A stretch of 15,355 nucleotides of DNA from a virus (Duplodnaviria > Heunggongvirae > Uroviricota > Caudoviricetes), in the IMG/VR virus record IMGVR_UViG_2671180279_000001; one strand, given 5' to 3'. A program made the position numbers and the translations under genes. Shown here one piece after another: positions 1-7,892 of the stretch (position 1 is the first letter of the stretch; each line of letters opens with the position of its first letter). The notes under the pieces are model-generated. The model ran no database searches. It was given only the letters and a program-made list of their open reading frames with translations, and had not been told where the DNA came from.

Positions 1-282
1 TTCGGTGAACGCACTATGGCGACGCTGGGGCGTCTTATGAGCCTGCTGTCACCCTTTGACGTGGTGATATGGATGACGGATGGCTGGCCGCTGTATGAAT
101 CCCGCCTGAAGGGAAAGCTGCACGTAATCAGCAAGCGATATACGCAGCGAATTGAGCGGCATAACCTGAATCTGAGGCAGCACCTGGCACGGCTGGGACG
201 GAAGTCGCTGTCGTTCTCAAAATCGGTGGAGCTGCATGACAAAGTCATCGGGCATTATCTGAACATAAAACACTATCAATAA
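1..282 (+). CDS. insB: IS1 transposase InsB, C-terminal part (5' end outside window)
   Basis: Frame 1 reads [34 protein letters not shown]...HYLNIKHYQ*, recognised as the InsB C-terminus; the ORF is open to the window start. Confidence 0.9.
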   Translation, partial: FGERTMATLGRLMSLLSPFDVVIWMTDGWPLYESRLKGKLHVISKRYTQRIERHNLNLRQHLARLGRKSLSFSKSVELHDKVIGHYLNIKHYQ

Positions 283-297
283 GTTGGAGTCATTACC
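1..297 (+). mobile_element. IS1 right end (partial element, continues upstream of the window)
   Basis: Sequence ends ...CATAAAACACTATCAATAAGTTGGAGTCATTACC at 297, which matches the IS1 terminal inverted repeat as I recall it; contains the 3' part of insB. Confidence 0.93.
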
Positions 298-862
298 ACT
301 GCGCCAGTTCGCCAGGCTTCGCGCGGGAATAAATTTTGTTGCCGGAAGCGTCATAAGCAACGATCCTCCCTTCTTCCACTTTGAATGCCTGCCCGAAGCG
401 GGCTTGTAATAAATCTGCCGGGATCGCAATTTTATCGGCAATATATTTTGAACCCGCAAAACTACCGCCAATCATAGAATCGTAAAGCTGCTTCTCCAGC
501 ATCTGAGAGCGTTGCTTTTCTTCATCTAATTGCTGCTGAAAATTTTTCGTAATTTCTGCCTTAACCTGGTCAACCTGTCCCGCATCGAGCAGCTTTTTCT
601 GGTCGATTTTTGACAGCATTTCCAGTGCCTCGATCGCCTTCTTCGGGTCTTCGATAGCGGCAAACTTAGCCAGTTTTTCCTCTGCAGCTTCTTTAGCCAG
701 GCGATGATTTTTTGCCTCGCCATTAAGCTCTGTAATTTTTTTTGTCGCCAGCGGTGCATCGAAGCCAATTTCTTTACCATCGTCGTGCACATAAACTGGC
801 AGGCCAGCAGTATCAATTTCTGCGTATTGTTTTCCGTTAATCTCGACCGTTTTCAGTTTCAT
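293..862 (-). CDS. Putative head scaffolding-like protein (charged, coiled-coil-like); C-terminus apparently truncated or replaced by the IS1 insertion
   Basis: ORF MKLKTVEINGKQYAEIDTAGLPVYVHDDGKEIGFD... is rich in K/E/A/Q, typical of scaffolds, and sits immediately after the head morphogenesis gene. The last Trp codon (296-298) and the stop codon (293-295) lie inside or across the IS1 terminus (291-297). The upstream in-frame ATG at 934 lies inside a hairpin, so the start at 862 is preferred. Confidence 0.5.
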   Translation of the reverse strand: MKLKTVEINGKQYAEIDTAGLPVYVHDDGKEIGFDAPLATKKITELNGEAKNHRLAKEAAEEKLAKFAAIEDPKKAIEALEMLSKIDQKKLLDAGQVDQVKAEITKNFQQQLDEEKQRSQMLEKQLYDSMIGGSFAGSKYIADKIAIPADLLQARFGQAFKVEEGRIVAYDASGNKIYSRAKPGELAQW

Positions 863-920
863 ATTAGTACCTGGTTTAAGTCTTCCGACAGTTACGCTGC
901 TCACCATCCGGATCGCAGCA

Positions 921-946
921 ATAAAAAAGGCCACCCGAAGGTAGCC
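921..946 (-). terminator. Hairpin plus U-tract between head morphogenesis and scaffold genes (possible intrinsic terminator or attenuator)
   Basis: Minus strand reads GGCTACC-TTCG-GGTGGCC followed by TTTTTTAT; a 7-bp stem with one G-U pair and a TTCG tetraloop. Confidence 0.35.
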
Positions 947-966
947 TGTTGTAATAAATGATTTAT

Positions 967-2082
967 TTAAATCCCTGCTTTTCTGAATACCTGTGCATCA
1001 CGCTCACGGAGCTGCTTCAGCGTCAGCCATTCGCCTTTATCGGTGTAAAATTCATCTGGCGACATACCACCATCCCGAATCAGCTTTGCTCGGGTTTCCC
1101 CCACAATCTGTTTTTGTCTGGTGTAAGGCTGACGCAAAAACCATTCCCTGTAGGTTGTATCTCCGGCCACCACGCCATCCATGCTGGCCCGCTCAGCCGG
1201 GGAAATATCGCGAACATCAATACCCAGTTCCTTCGCTGATTTCAGAATGAACGTTTCCGTTGAGCGGCAGCAGAAATGAATTTTTCCCGGCCCCTGCAAA
1301 TAAGGCACGCTGTGACCTACAGGTTTATTATTCAGCGTATATTTGAGGCGATCCCTGATTCGACATTGTGGCGTAGTACGATTATCAAGCGTTGATAACC
1401 ATTGCTTACCCTTAATCAAATCATTATTCGCGCTGGCAAAACTCTCACGGGCAGTAGCAGCAAGATGTCCAACCGCTGTTTTTGCAATGCTGGCCGCATT
1501 AGCCCGGCTCATCTGCAATGCACCATCCTGAAATCCCTTACTGACATGTCCCCGAATTTTTCTTGCGATCTGCTCATTGGTATCCCCCAGCAAAAAACCC
1601 TGACGCACTGTATTTGTTATGCGTCTGAGCCGATCCGCCTCAAGATCTGAGGCCCACTCACTGAGCAGTCGTCCCTGGAATGGTCGCGCCATTGCAGCGG
1701 CATAAAGTGCATCAGGAGAGATACCAACCAGAGGGTGAACATCAGCAACAAAATCAGGTAGCATAGAATCAAACAGACTTAACTGATAACCAGCCTCATA
1801 AATTGCCAGCTCGTTCAGCTCTCCGGAGAGACTGGTAAACATGCTGTTAATAGCAGTGCGGTTAACCTTTCTGACGCTCGCCAGAAGTGACTCCAGGCGC
1901 TTAACGGTAAAATTACCTGGATCGAGGCTGTCCAGTGCTATCAGCAGGCGAGCAGTAAGTTCCGCATCGCTGTCATTCAGTATTTTCACCATTCTGGCAG
2001 CCACGCCAGTGCTATAGCGGGATATCCAGACTGCATGAGCAATTGATTCATCACGCAGCCGTTCATTCACGGTTTGCATCAT
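967..2082 (-). CDS. Phage head morphogenesis protein (Mu F / SPP1 gp7-like minor head protein)
   Basis: 371-aa ORF placed directly after the portal gene (20-nt overlap), the usual portal/Mu-F-like arrangement; contains an LDNRTTPQCR segment resembling the Mu F-domain motif as I recall it. Confidence 0.7.
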   Translation of the reverse strand: MMQTVNERLRDESIAHAVWISRYSTGVAARMVKILNDSDAELTARLLIALDSLDPGNFTVKRLESLLASVRKVNRTAINSMFTSLSGELNELAIYEAGYQLSLFDSMLPDFVADVHPLVGISPDALYAAAMARPFQGRLLSEWASDLEADRLRRITNTVRQGFLLGDTNEQIARKIRGHVSKGFQDGALQMSRANAASIAKTAVGHLAATARESFASANNDLIKGKQWLSTLDNRTTPQCRIRDRLKYTLNNKPVGHSVPYLQGPGKIHFCCRSTETFILKSAKELGIDVRDISPAERASMDGVVAGDTTYREWFLRQPYTRQKQIVGETRAKLIRDGGMSPDEFYTDKGEWLTLKQLRERDAQVFRKAGI

Positions 2083-3469
2083 TGATTTCCATCAGCATTA
2101 CACTCTGATTTTTTAATTCATCGATCACTTCCTCTGGACGGGAATCCTGATCGATAAATTTCAACGCCTGCAACACCCGAACCGCATCAATCTGACGTAT
2201 ATCACCGCCCTGACGCAATGACTGAACAGCCAGCGCGGAGGATGAGTCAAACACCTGGGCAGATACATCCAGTTCAGTGCGCACATCCACATTGCCACCG
2301 CAACTCTCTCCGATCCATTCCGCCATTATCTGGAGAATATTATCGAGGGCATCTTCGAGGGAGTTCGCCATTGTATAAAGCGGCGAGTTTTCCTGCATTC
2401 GCTCTTCATTAGTCTGATCAACAGATTTGGTGGATGTATTTTCAGCACGCAGAAGTTTAGCGCCGGCATGACGCATCTGATTTTCCAGCTTCTCAAGTGA
2501 TGTTTCGCCAGATTCTATCGCTGCGCCACTATGTTCAACATATTCGAGGCCATTTTTTGTTCTGTCCTCAAAAATCGTAGCGGTGGATGCACCAACCGTC
2601 AGTTCTTCATTCCTGTCCAGCCCGTAGGCCACCAGCAATGGAACGCGGGCAACATGAAGAATATTGTCCTGCTCGCTCTGGCTTTGCCAGTGCTTGATAT
2701 TCAGCAAGCCAAGATTAAGCAATGGCGGTGTACCACGCATAAATCCTGTTTTCTTCGTGTACAGTGTTACCAGAGGAATATCATCACGGCTGGTATTCCA
2801 TGACTCATGAAGCGTCCAGACAGATTCGCCATTAGTGCCTTCGCTACGTCGATAAATTTCAACTCGACGGGGCATAATATGGCGGATCTGCTCCACCTTC
2901 TTCTGCCCGAAATCATCACCATCAATAATGATGACCTCTTTTATACGCAAATCAGTGAGAACAACTTTCCCTTTTTCAACTTTCGATTTCCATCCAATAA
3001 CCTGGCGTGGATTCAGCATCGTAACGTACGGACGACCACCGGTCGCGTTTTCATCGGCTTTTGTACGAATCTCTTTCATATCCGTTCGTGGATAGTCCAC
3101 CAGCGCATGTGCCACACCATACTGAAATGCGAGGCTGAAAAATTGCTGCGCCCACACATCCAGTCGGCTCCCCTCCATGTCGATATTTTCTGCATATTCC
3201 CTGATTTTTGCCGGCGTTTCCTCACTCAATACTGTCGGCTCTGCAAATATGCGCCCAATATTTTGCTTGATGCTTTCTTCATACACAGGAAGTAGCGTAG
3301 CCACAGACAGGCGTTTTTTATAAGCGTCTTCATCTTCGTTAGGCCATTTTGGGAGATAATTTTCCCCCTGCCTGCGCATTTCAAGCGTACCGCCCATCAG
3401 TGCGTCGTTAATATCCCACGCCTCCAGCATATCGTTATAGTCGAGGTTGGGTGTTGATATATCAGCCAT
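2063..3469 (-). CDS. Phage portal protein
   Basis: 468-aa ORF immediately downstream of the large terminase (stop and start 2 nt apart), acidic C-terminus; size and position are typical of a portal. Confidence 0.8.
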   Translation of the reverse strand: MADISTPNLDYNDMLEAWDINDALMGGTLEMRRQGENYLPKWPNEDEDAYKKRLSVATLLPVYEESIKQNIGRIFAEPTVLSEETPAKIREYAENIDMEGSRLDVWAQQFFSLAFQYGVAHALVDYPRTDMKEIRTKADENATGGRPYVTMLNPRQVIGWKSKVEKGKVVLTDLRIKEVIIIDGDDFGQKKVEQIRHIMPRRVEIYRRSEGTNGESVWTLHESWNTSRDDIPLVTLYTKKTGFMRGTPPLLNLGLLNIKHWQSQSEQDNILHVARVPLLVAYGLDRNEELTVGASTATIFEDRTKNGLEYVEHSGAAIESGETSLEKLENQMRHAGAKLLRAENTSTKSVDQTNEERMQENSPLYTMANSLEDALDNILQIMAEWIGESCGGNVDVRTELDVSAQVFDSSSALAVQSLRQGGDIRQIDAVRVLQALKFIDQDSRPEEVIDELKNQSVMLMEINDANRE

Positions 3470-3471
3470 AA

Positions 3472-4779
3472 TTAAATCCGAAGTGATGTGACTCTTCCGG
3501 TCGGTTTGACAATAGGGAATTGCTTAACGATGAAATAACCTCCGGCATCATTCGGGTGATCATTGCCAGATTTTTTATCAGGCTCCCCCTTCTCATCCCA
3601 GACCTGTTGCTCCAGAGATTCGGCATATAACGGGCAACGCTTCACATTAACTTTATAGCGACGCTCACCATTGGCATTGCAGAACATTGCATTCATTGAG
3701 TTAACGCGATCTTTTACTGGCGGGTTCGAGCTGTTCACCACAACGTTAAAACCAGCCTGCTTAAGCTGGGCTATATCCGTCGTACTTGCGTTACTTGATT
3801 TTCTGGAATCCCCGGAAGCATCTGGATAAATATAAATTTCCCTCACTTTCCGGTAATCATTCCCATCATACAGCCAGAAGCGTTCTTTAATGATGCGGAT
3901 CATATCCGGCGTATCGTAGGCATTGATGATTTCAGTTACCGCACATGGAAGCCCCAAACGCAGCACATGGACGATTCCCGCCATCTTTCCAACGTTAAAA
4001 TCCATCCCAATATAAATCGGCTCCCCTGGCTGCTCCACTTCTTCGCAATTATTCAGTTTCCGGTCAAACTGATGGTAAACAGTACCACTTGTCAGGTTAG
4101 TAAACTGTCCTCGAAGATAGGCTTTAATCAGCTCTGGAGGGTATGATTCAAGAAGCGAAGGAATGTAATCTGCTGGCAGGTTCTTTTCATTATCGAAAGT
4201 AGATGCCTGCACCAGACCATACAGTGAGGCCAGCTCTGTTTTTTCACGCACGGCTTTAACAAACTGCTCGTAGACAAATTTGAATCCTTCCGGCGTGGTT
4301 GTAACGTCAATACCGTTGCGAAGTCCATCAATCTTATAACGCATACGTGCAATTATCTTGCGCCACGCCGTTCTGGCTTTTTCCTTCGGCAAAATGTCCA
4401 GTTCATCCACCAACGCATTACCAATTTTGAAACCGACGATCGTTTGTGGCTTCTCCATCGATCTGCAGATAGTGGTTCCCCGATACTGGCGTCCGTAATA
4501 AAAGTGAACCTCTTTATTTCCCTCATTAATTTTTACGTTCAATCCCCAGTCAGCAGCAACTTCTTCTACTGTAGGGTAAAAAATATCGCGAATTTGGGGA
4601 TACGTTGGCGCAAAATATCCCTGATTTATACCTGGATGCTCCCAAATCCCCTTGCATATGCCGCCACACCCAACCCATATTTTGCCCGAGCCAAAACCAG
4701 CAATATAGGCTTTAAATTTATGGGGCATTGAAAGAAATCGCGCCTGAGGCACATTAAGCGTCGGAGAGATCATCTTCAT
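3472..4779 (-). CDS. terL: Terminase large subunit
   Basis: N-terminal Walker A-like AGFGSGK; C-terminal nuclease-like acidic motifs (GMDFN, YPDASGD). Overlaps the small-terminase stop. The ORF track begins at a GTG at 4782; the ATG at 4773 has the best spacing to an AAGGAG Shine-Dalgarno, so the exact start is uncertain. Confidence 0.85.
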   Translation of the reverse strand: MKMISPTLNVPQARFLSMPHKFKAYIAGFGSGKIWVGCGGICKGIWEHPGINQGYFAPTYPQIRDIFYPTVEEVAADWGLNVKINEGNKEVHFYYGRQYRGTTICRSMEKPQTIVGFKIGNALVDELDILPKEKARTAWRKIIARMRYKIDGLRNGIDVTTTPEGFKFVYEQFVKAVREKTELASLYGLVQASTFDNEKNLPADYIPSLLESYPPELIKAYLRGQFTNLTSGTVYHQFDRKLNNCEEVEQPGEPIYIGMDFNVGKMAGIVHVLRLGLPCAVTEIINAYDTPDMIRIIKERFWLYDGNDYRKVREIYIYPDASGDSRKSSNASTTDIAQLKQAGFNVVVNSSNPPVKDRVNSMNAMFCNANGERRYKVNVKRCPLYAESLEQQVWDEKGEPDKKSGNDHPNDAGGYFIVKQFPIVKPTGRVTSLRI

Positions 4780-5848
4780 CACTCCTTACTCTGGCATCAA
4801 CCACATTAATATTGATCGCCACAGGCTGGGGATGTTCATTATCTTCCACCGTTTCGATCTCTTTGCGCAGCTTCTGGTTTTCCATTCTGCGCCGTTCAAT
4901 TTCCAGTTCCTGTAGCCGTTTATCTGCACATAAAGCCCCGCCAGCAGAAAACAAACGCAACAATTCACGCCGGGCGGCAGCCTTATCCTCCAGCAGGATC
5001 TCAACGCCGAATTTTCCGAATTTTGCCCCTGCATATAATTGCCGCGCATCCCCATCAAGCAGAGTGGTATCAGCCATATAAAGCTGTCCCGTTCCCTCAC
5101 CGCAGCACTTCGGGCAGTCCGGATTGGGTATGGCGTTATCAACAAAGCCGAGGCCTCCATATTCCGGTTCGGGTTTGCCATCTCTGGAAGCCTGCGCCGC
5201 TGCCTTGTCGAATTCTGCTATATCGCGCCACTGGTAGAGATGATTCTCGCCCCAGCAATAACGGCAGTTAACACGGCGAAATTGTGCAAGCTGATTGGGG
5301 TCGGCCAGGACAATAGCCATCAACTGACTCACTAGTAAATCCAGGTCTGCGGTATAGCGTTTCTGGTACTGATTGCGGAAGTAGCTGATAGCGCGAAAAA
5401 CCCTGGCATTTCTAAGCATACGACTGGCGTTGCTGTTAGCTGTCGCACCTTGCCCCTCATAACCGGCTAGTCGGTACGCCTCTGTCGGCTTTTTACCCTG
5501 AGCAACAAGCATCGCAAACTTAGCCTGCTGGTCAGAAATGCCGAATTCATCGGGACAGAACGAAAATTCCTCCGCGTCGCCCTCATTCAGGCCCGCATCG
5601 AATACTGGCTTTTTTTCCTGAGATTTTTCGTTCCGCTTTTGTGCAGTCTGCGCAGATTTTTTCTGCGCACTTTTTTGCGCAGTTTTGCACATTTCTGTCT
5701 GCGCATTTTTCGGAGTTTTTTTGATGTAACGACGGGCTGTTGCGTAATTCAGTCCCCTTGCTTCACACCATGCCACCGGAGATATACCGGAGCGGGTGTA
5801 TTCAGCAATATACTCCTGCTGCAACGCCCCCCAGTCCGGTCTGCTCAT
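4754..5848 (-). CDS. terS: Terminase small subunit, unusually long (364 aa), with N-terminal HTH-like region, AQK-repeat linker and Cys-rich C-terminal region
   Basis: Motif KKPTEAYRLAGYEGQGATANSNASRMLRNARV resembles the conserved small-terminase (Terminase_2-like) signature; lies immediately upstream of and overlapping terL; contains CRYC...CPKCC. Confidence 0.7.
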   Translation of the reverse strand: MSRPDWGALQQEYIAEYTRSGISPVAWCEARGLNYATARRYIKKTPKNAQTEMCKTAQKSAQKKSAQTAQKRNEKSQEKKPVFDAGLNEGDAEEFSFCPDEFGISDQQAKFAMLVAQGKKPTEAYRLAGYEGQGATANSNASRMLRNARVFRAISYFRNQYQKRYTADLDLLVSQLMAIVLADPNQLAQFRRVNCRYCWGENHLYQWRDIAEFDKAAAQASRDGKPEPEYGGLGFVDNAIPNPDCPKCCGEGTGQLYMADTTLLDGDARQLYAGAKFGKFGVEILLEDKAAARRELLRLFSAGGALCADKRLQELEIERRRMENQKLRKEIETVEDNEHPQPVAININVVDARVRSDEDDLSDA

Positions 5849-5851
5849 CAG

Positions 5852-6103
5852 TTAGTCCTGATTTTTATCCACCCTGAGTAGTTCGCGCAGAGCAAAGGCA
5901 TCCCCTTTTCTGGCAAGCTTAAACAATGCCGCTCGTAACTCGGCTTCACCTTTCGCTCTGCCCTTACGGATGGCCGCATAAAAATCTGTCATTGCTTCCC
6001 GATTTTCTTTCAGTCGGTTCAGATCAACATCCAGAACGTCAGCGATTTGTTGTGCAGTCATCCGGCACGCTGCCAGAGACTCGACTTTCGAATACGGAAT
6101 CAT
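5852..6103 (-). CDS. Hypothetical small protein with HTH-like segment (83 aa)
   Basis: ORF with a G-rich Shine-Dalgarno (GGGGGTGA) 4 nt before the ATG; TAQQIADVLDVDLNRL looks helix-turn-helix-like; stop is 3 nt before the terS start. Confidence 0.4.
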   Translation of the reverse strand: MIPYSKVESLAACRMTAQQIADVLDVDLNRLKENREAMTDFYAAIRKGRAKGEAELRAALFKLARKGDAFALRELLRVDKNQD

Positions 6104-6971
6104 TTGTCACCCCCATTGATATGCAGGGTGTCTTCTTCCTGTATTTTTCGTGAAGGATTTTTACTGCAGCGTTGTTCCAGGTGACCTGATGGTGAATGCG
6201 TTTATGGCTGGCACCCATCAGTGAGATTTTTACGCACGACGGCGCATACATGACGGAGTAAAAACTTTTAACGTAGGTTCCGGAATCCAGATACAGCTCG
6301 GTCATTCCGCCGCTGTTTTTCTGCGTCTGTTTCTGCCCTAACTGGACAGCACCGATCGTCATAAACAATTCACCACAGCGACCGAGATTCGTGTACGTAT
6401 TCACATCCTCGTTAATGCGCCCCATGAATGAGAACGGTCGATCAACCGAACAGATAAAGCTGTTCATTGCCTTGCGTTTCACCCACGAAGCATGGCCGCC
6501 ATTGTCACCAAGAAAATCCCCGCCCTGCGACATAGCGATGGAAAGAGCAGGTATTGATTCGTAGTACGCCAGCATTTCAGAAAGGATCGCATCCAGTTTC
6601 CTTATCGGAAAATAGGCCTGGTCATAGTTGCGATCCACCCGAAACTGGAACTCGTGATAATCATCATCGAGCTGAATGAAGTATTTACACCCGACCAGTT
6701 TTGCCAGGTCGAAACAGGCATTACGGGCGTAAAAAATTGAGCGGCGGTCACAGAAATTATCGGCTTCGTCAAAACGACTGGCGATATCGGCTTTGGAAAA
6801 CACCAGCACCTGTTCACCAAATTCAGCCATGTACTGATTCCGTGTCTTATCTTCATCATCAACAACGATAAAAATTTTCCCGGTATAGCCAGCACGACGC
6901 AACGTCCGGTAAGTCAGAACTTTGTCCGGTCGCCCGTGAGTCAGAATAAAGGCGCAAAAATCATCACGCAT
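6039..6971 (-). CDS. Uncharacterised 310-aa protein, possibly Rossmann-like/GT-A-like fold; translationally coupled to the upstream ParB-like gene
   Basis: Start MRDDFCAF at 6971 is preceded by GAGGAGGAGGA (formed by the EEEE codons of the ParB-like gene) and overlaps that gene's stop as ATGCGTGA. Beta-strand-like hydrophobic runs are followed by acidic motifs (IFIVVDDED, YFIQLDDDY). I found no methyltransferase (D/NPPY), P-loop or PP-loop motif. Confidence 0.5.
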   Translation of the reverse strand: MRDDFCAFILTHGRPDKVLTYRTLRRAGYTGKIFIVVDDEDKTRNQYMAEFGEQVLVFSKADIASRFDEADNFCDRRSIFYARNACFDLAKLVGCKYFIQLDDDYHEFQFRVDRNYDQAYFPIRKLDAILSEMLAYYESIPALSIAMSQGGDFLGDNGGHASWVKRKAMNSFICSVDRPFSFMGRINEDVNTYTNLGRCGELFMTIGAVQLGQKQTQKNSGGMTELYLDSGTYVKSFYSVMYAPSCVKISLMGASHKRIHHQVTWNNAAVKILHEKYRKKTPCISMGVTNDSVFESRVSGSVPDDCTTNR

Positions 6972-7755
6972 ATTCCTCCTCCTCACCACCATGCATGATC
7001 TCCACCATGCGCTGCGTCATCCGGACAAATCCATTTTCAATAGCCTGCTGATAATCAATGATCACCAGCGCCGACTCCTCGAAAAAACACTGAATTTCAG
7101 AGGGGGCGTGAGCGTAATAGTCCGCAATTCTGCTGAAATTAAACACCGTGTGACGTTCTGCCGCACACAGGAGGAATTTCTCAATATCAGGCTCAAGGGA
7201 CGCCGAACGTATCCGGCTGATCAGCTCCTGAGTTTTCGTATCGTCGTACAGTTCACTGATATCCGGTTTACCGCCCGACGGCTCATAAACAGGCGTATCA
7301 ATTTTCGTCGTATACGGCTCCTCCTCATTTCCTGTACCGGGCAAAACATCCGTCAACAGTTCATCAATTTCTGTCGGGATGAAGCCTGTCAGGGAGACAT
7401 CAAAATCAGCATTGATTAGGTCCGACAGCTCCATCCGCAACAGATCTTCATCCCAGCCAGCATTCATCGGCAGGCGATTATCTGCCAGGCGGTACGCCTT
7501 TTTCTGCTCATCCGTCAGGCCAGACAGAACAATGACCGGAACAGAATCCATTTTGAGCATTTCAGCCGCCATAACACGACCGTGACCCGCAATAATTTCG
7601 CCCTTTTCGTCAATCAGCACCGGATTAGTCCAGCCGAATTGCTTAATACTTTCTACCAGTTGTGCCACCTGCTCAGGGCTGTGCGTCCTGGCGTTGTGCG
7701 CATACGGTGACAATTCTTGTAATGGGCGATAGACTATCTTTAATTTCTCGCTCAT
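6964..7755 (-). CDS. ParB N-terminal domain (ParB/sulfiredoxin-like) protein
   Basis: N-terminal 100 aa (IVYRPLQELSPYAHNARTH...IIAGHGRVMAAEML...VPVIVL) matches the ParB/Srx-fold pattern with a GHGR variant of the GERR box; C-terminal 150 aa unassigned. The position after Rz-trkG matches the ynaK/ydaY slot of the K-12 Rac prophage as I remember it (unverified). Confidence 0.7.
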   Translation of the reverse strand: MSEKLKIVYRPLQELSPYAHNARTHSPEQVAQLVESIKQFGWTNPVLIDEKGEIIAGHGRVMAAEMLKMDSVPVIVLSGLTDEQKKAYRLADNRLPMNAGWDEDLLRMELSDLINADFDVSLTGFIPTEIDELLTDVLPGTGNEEEPYTTKIDTPVYEPSGGKPDISELYDDTKTQELISRIRSASLEPDIEKFLLCAAERHTVFNFSRIADYYAHAPSEIQCFFEESALVIIDYQQAIENGFVRMTQRMVEIMHGGEEEEYA

Positions 7756-7767
7756 ACAGCCTTGCTT

Positions 7768-7805
7768 TATGAATAAAACGCACCCCAGCAGCCAGTGCTA
7801 CTGGG
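7768..7805 (-). terminator. Putative intrinsic terminator downstream of trkG
   Basis: Minus strand reads CCCCAG-(12 nt)-CTGGGG followed by TGCGTTTTATT; it sits between the trkG stop and the ParB-like start. Confidence 0.45.
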
Positions 7806-7892
7806 GACGGAGGGGTTGCTGGTAAAGTTAGGTATTGGATCAATGAGTGAGTCAACATAATATTAAACTCACAATTATAAATCAGCCATATA

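Noticed and set aside
863-934. Longer 213-aa form of the scaffold-like ORF starting at 934
   Set aside because: The ATG at 932-934 is inside the hairpin/U-tract structure and has no Shine-Dalgarno; the MKLK start at 862 is more plausible, although neither is certain.
2807-3295. Plus-strand ORFs of 60-160 aa throughout the window (for example 2807-3295, 6991-7419, 4812-5081, 13781-14050)
   Set aside because: All lie antisense to, and fully inside, well-supported minus-strand genes and lack ribosome-binding sites; they are shadow ORFs.
5640-5720. TGCGCA-containing tandem-like DNA repeats
   Set aside because: They are explained by coding for the AQK/SAQK low-complexity linker of the small terminase on the minus strand; not an independent repeat element or CRISPR-like array.
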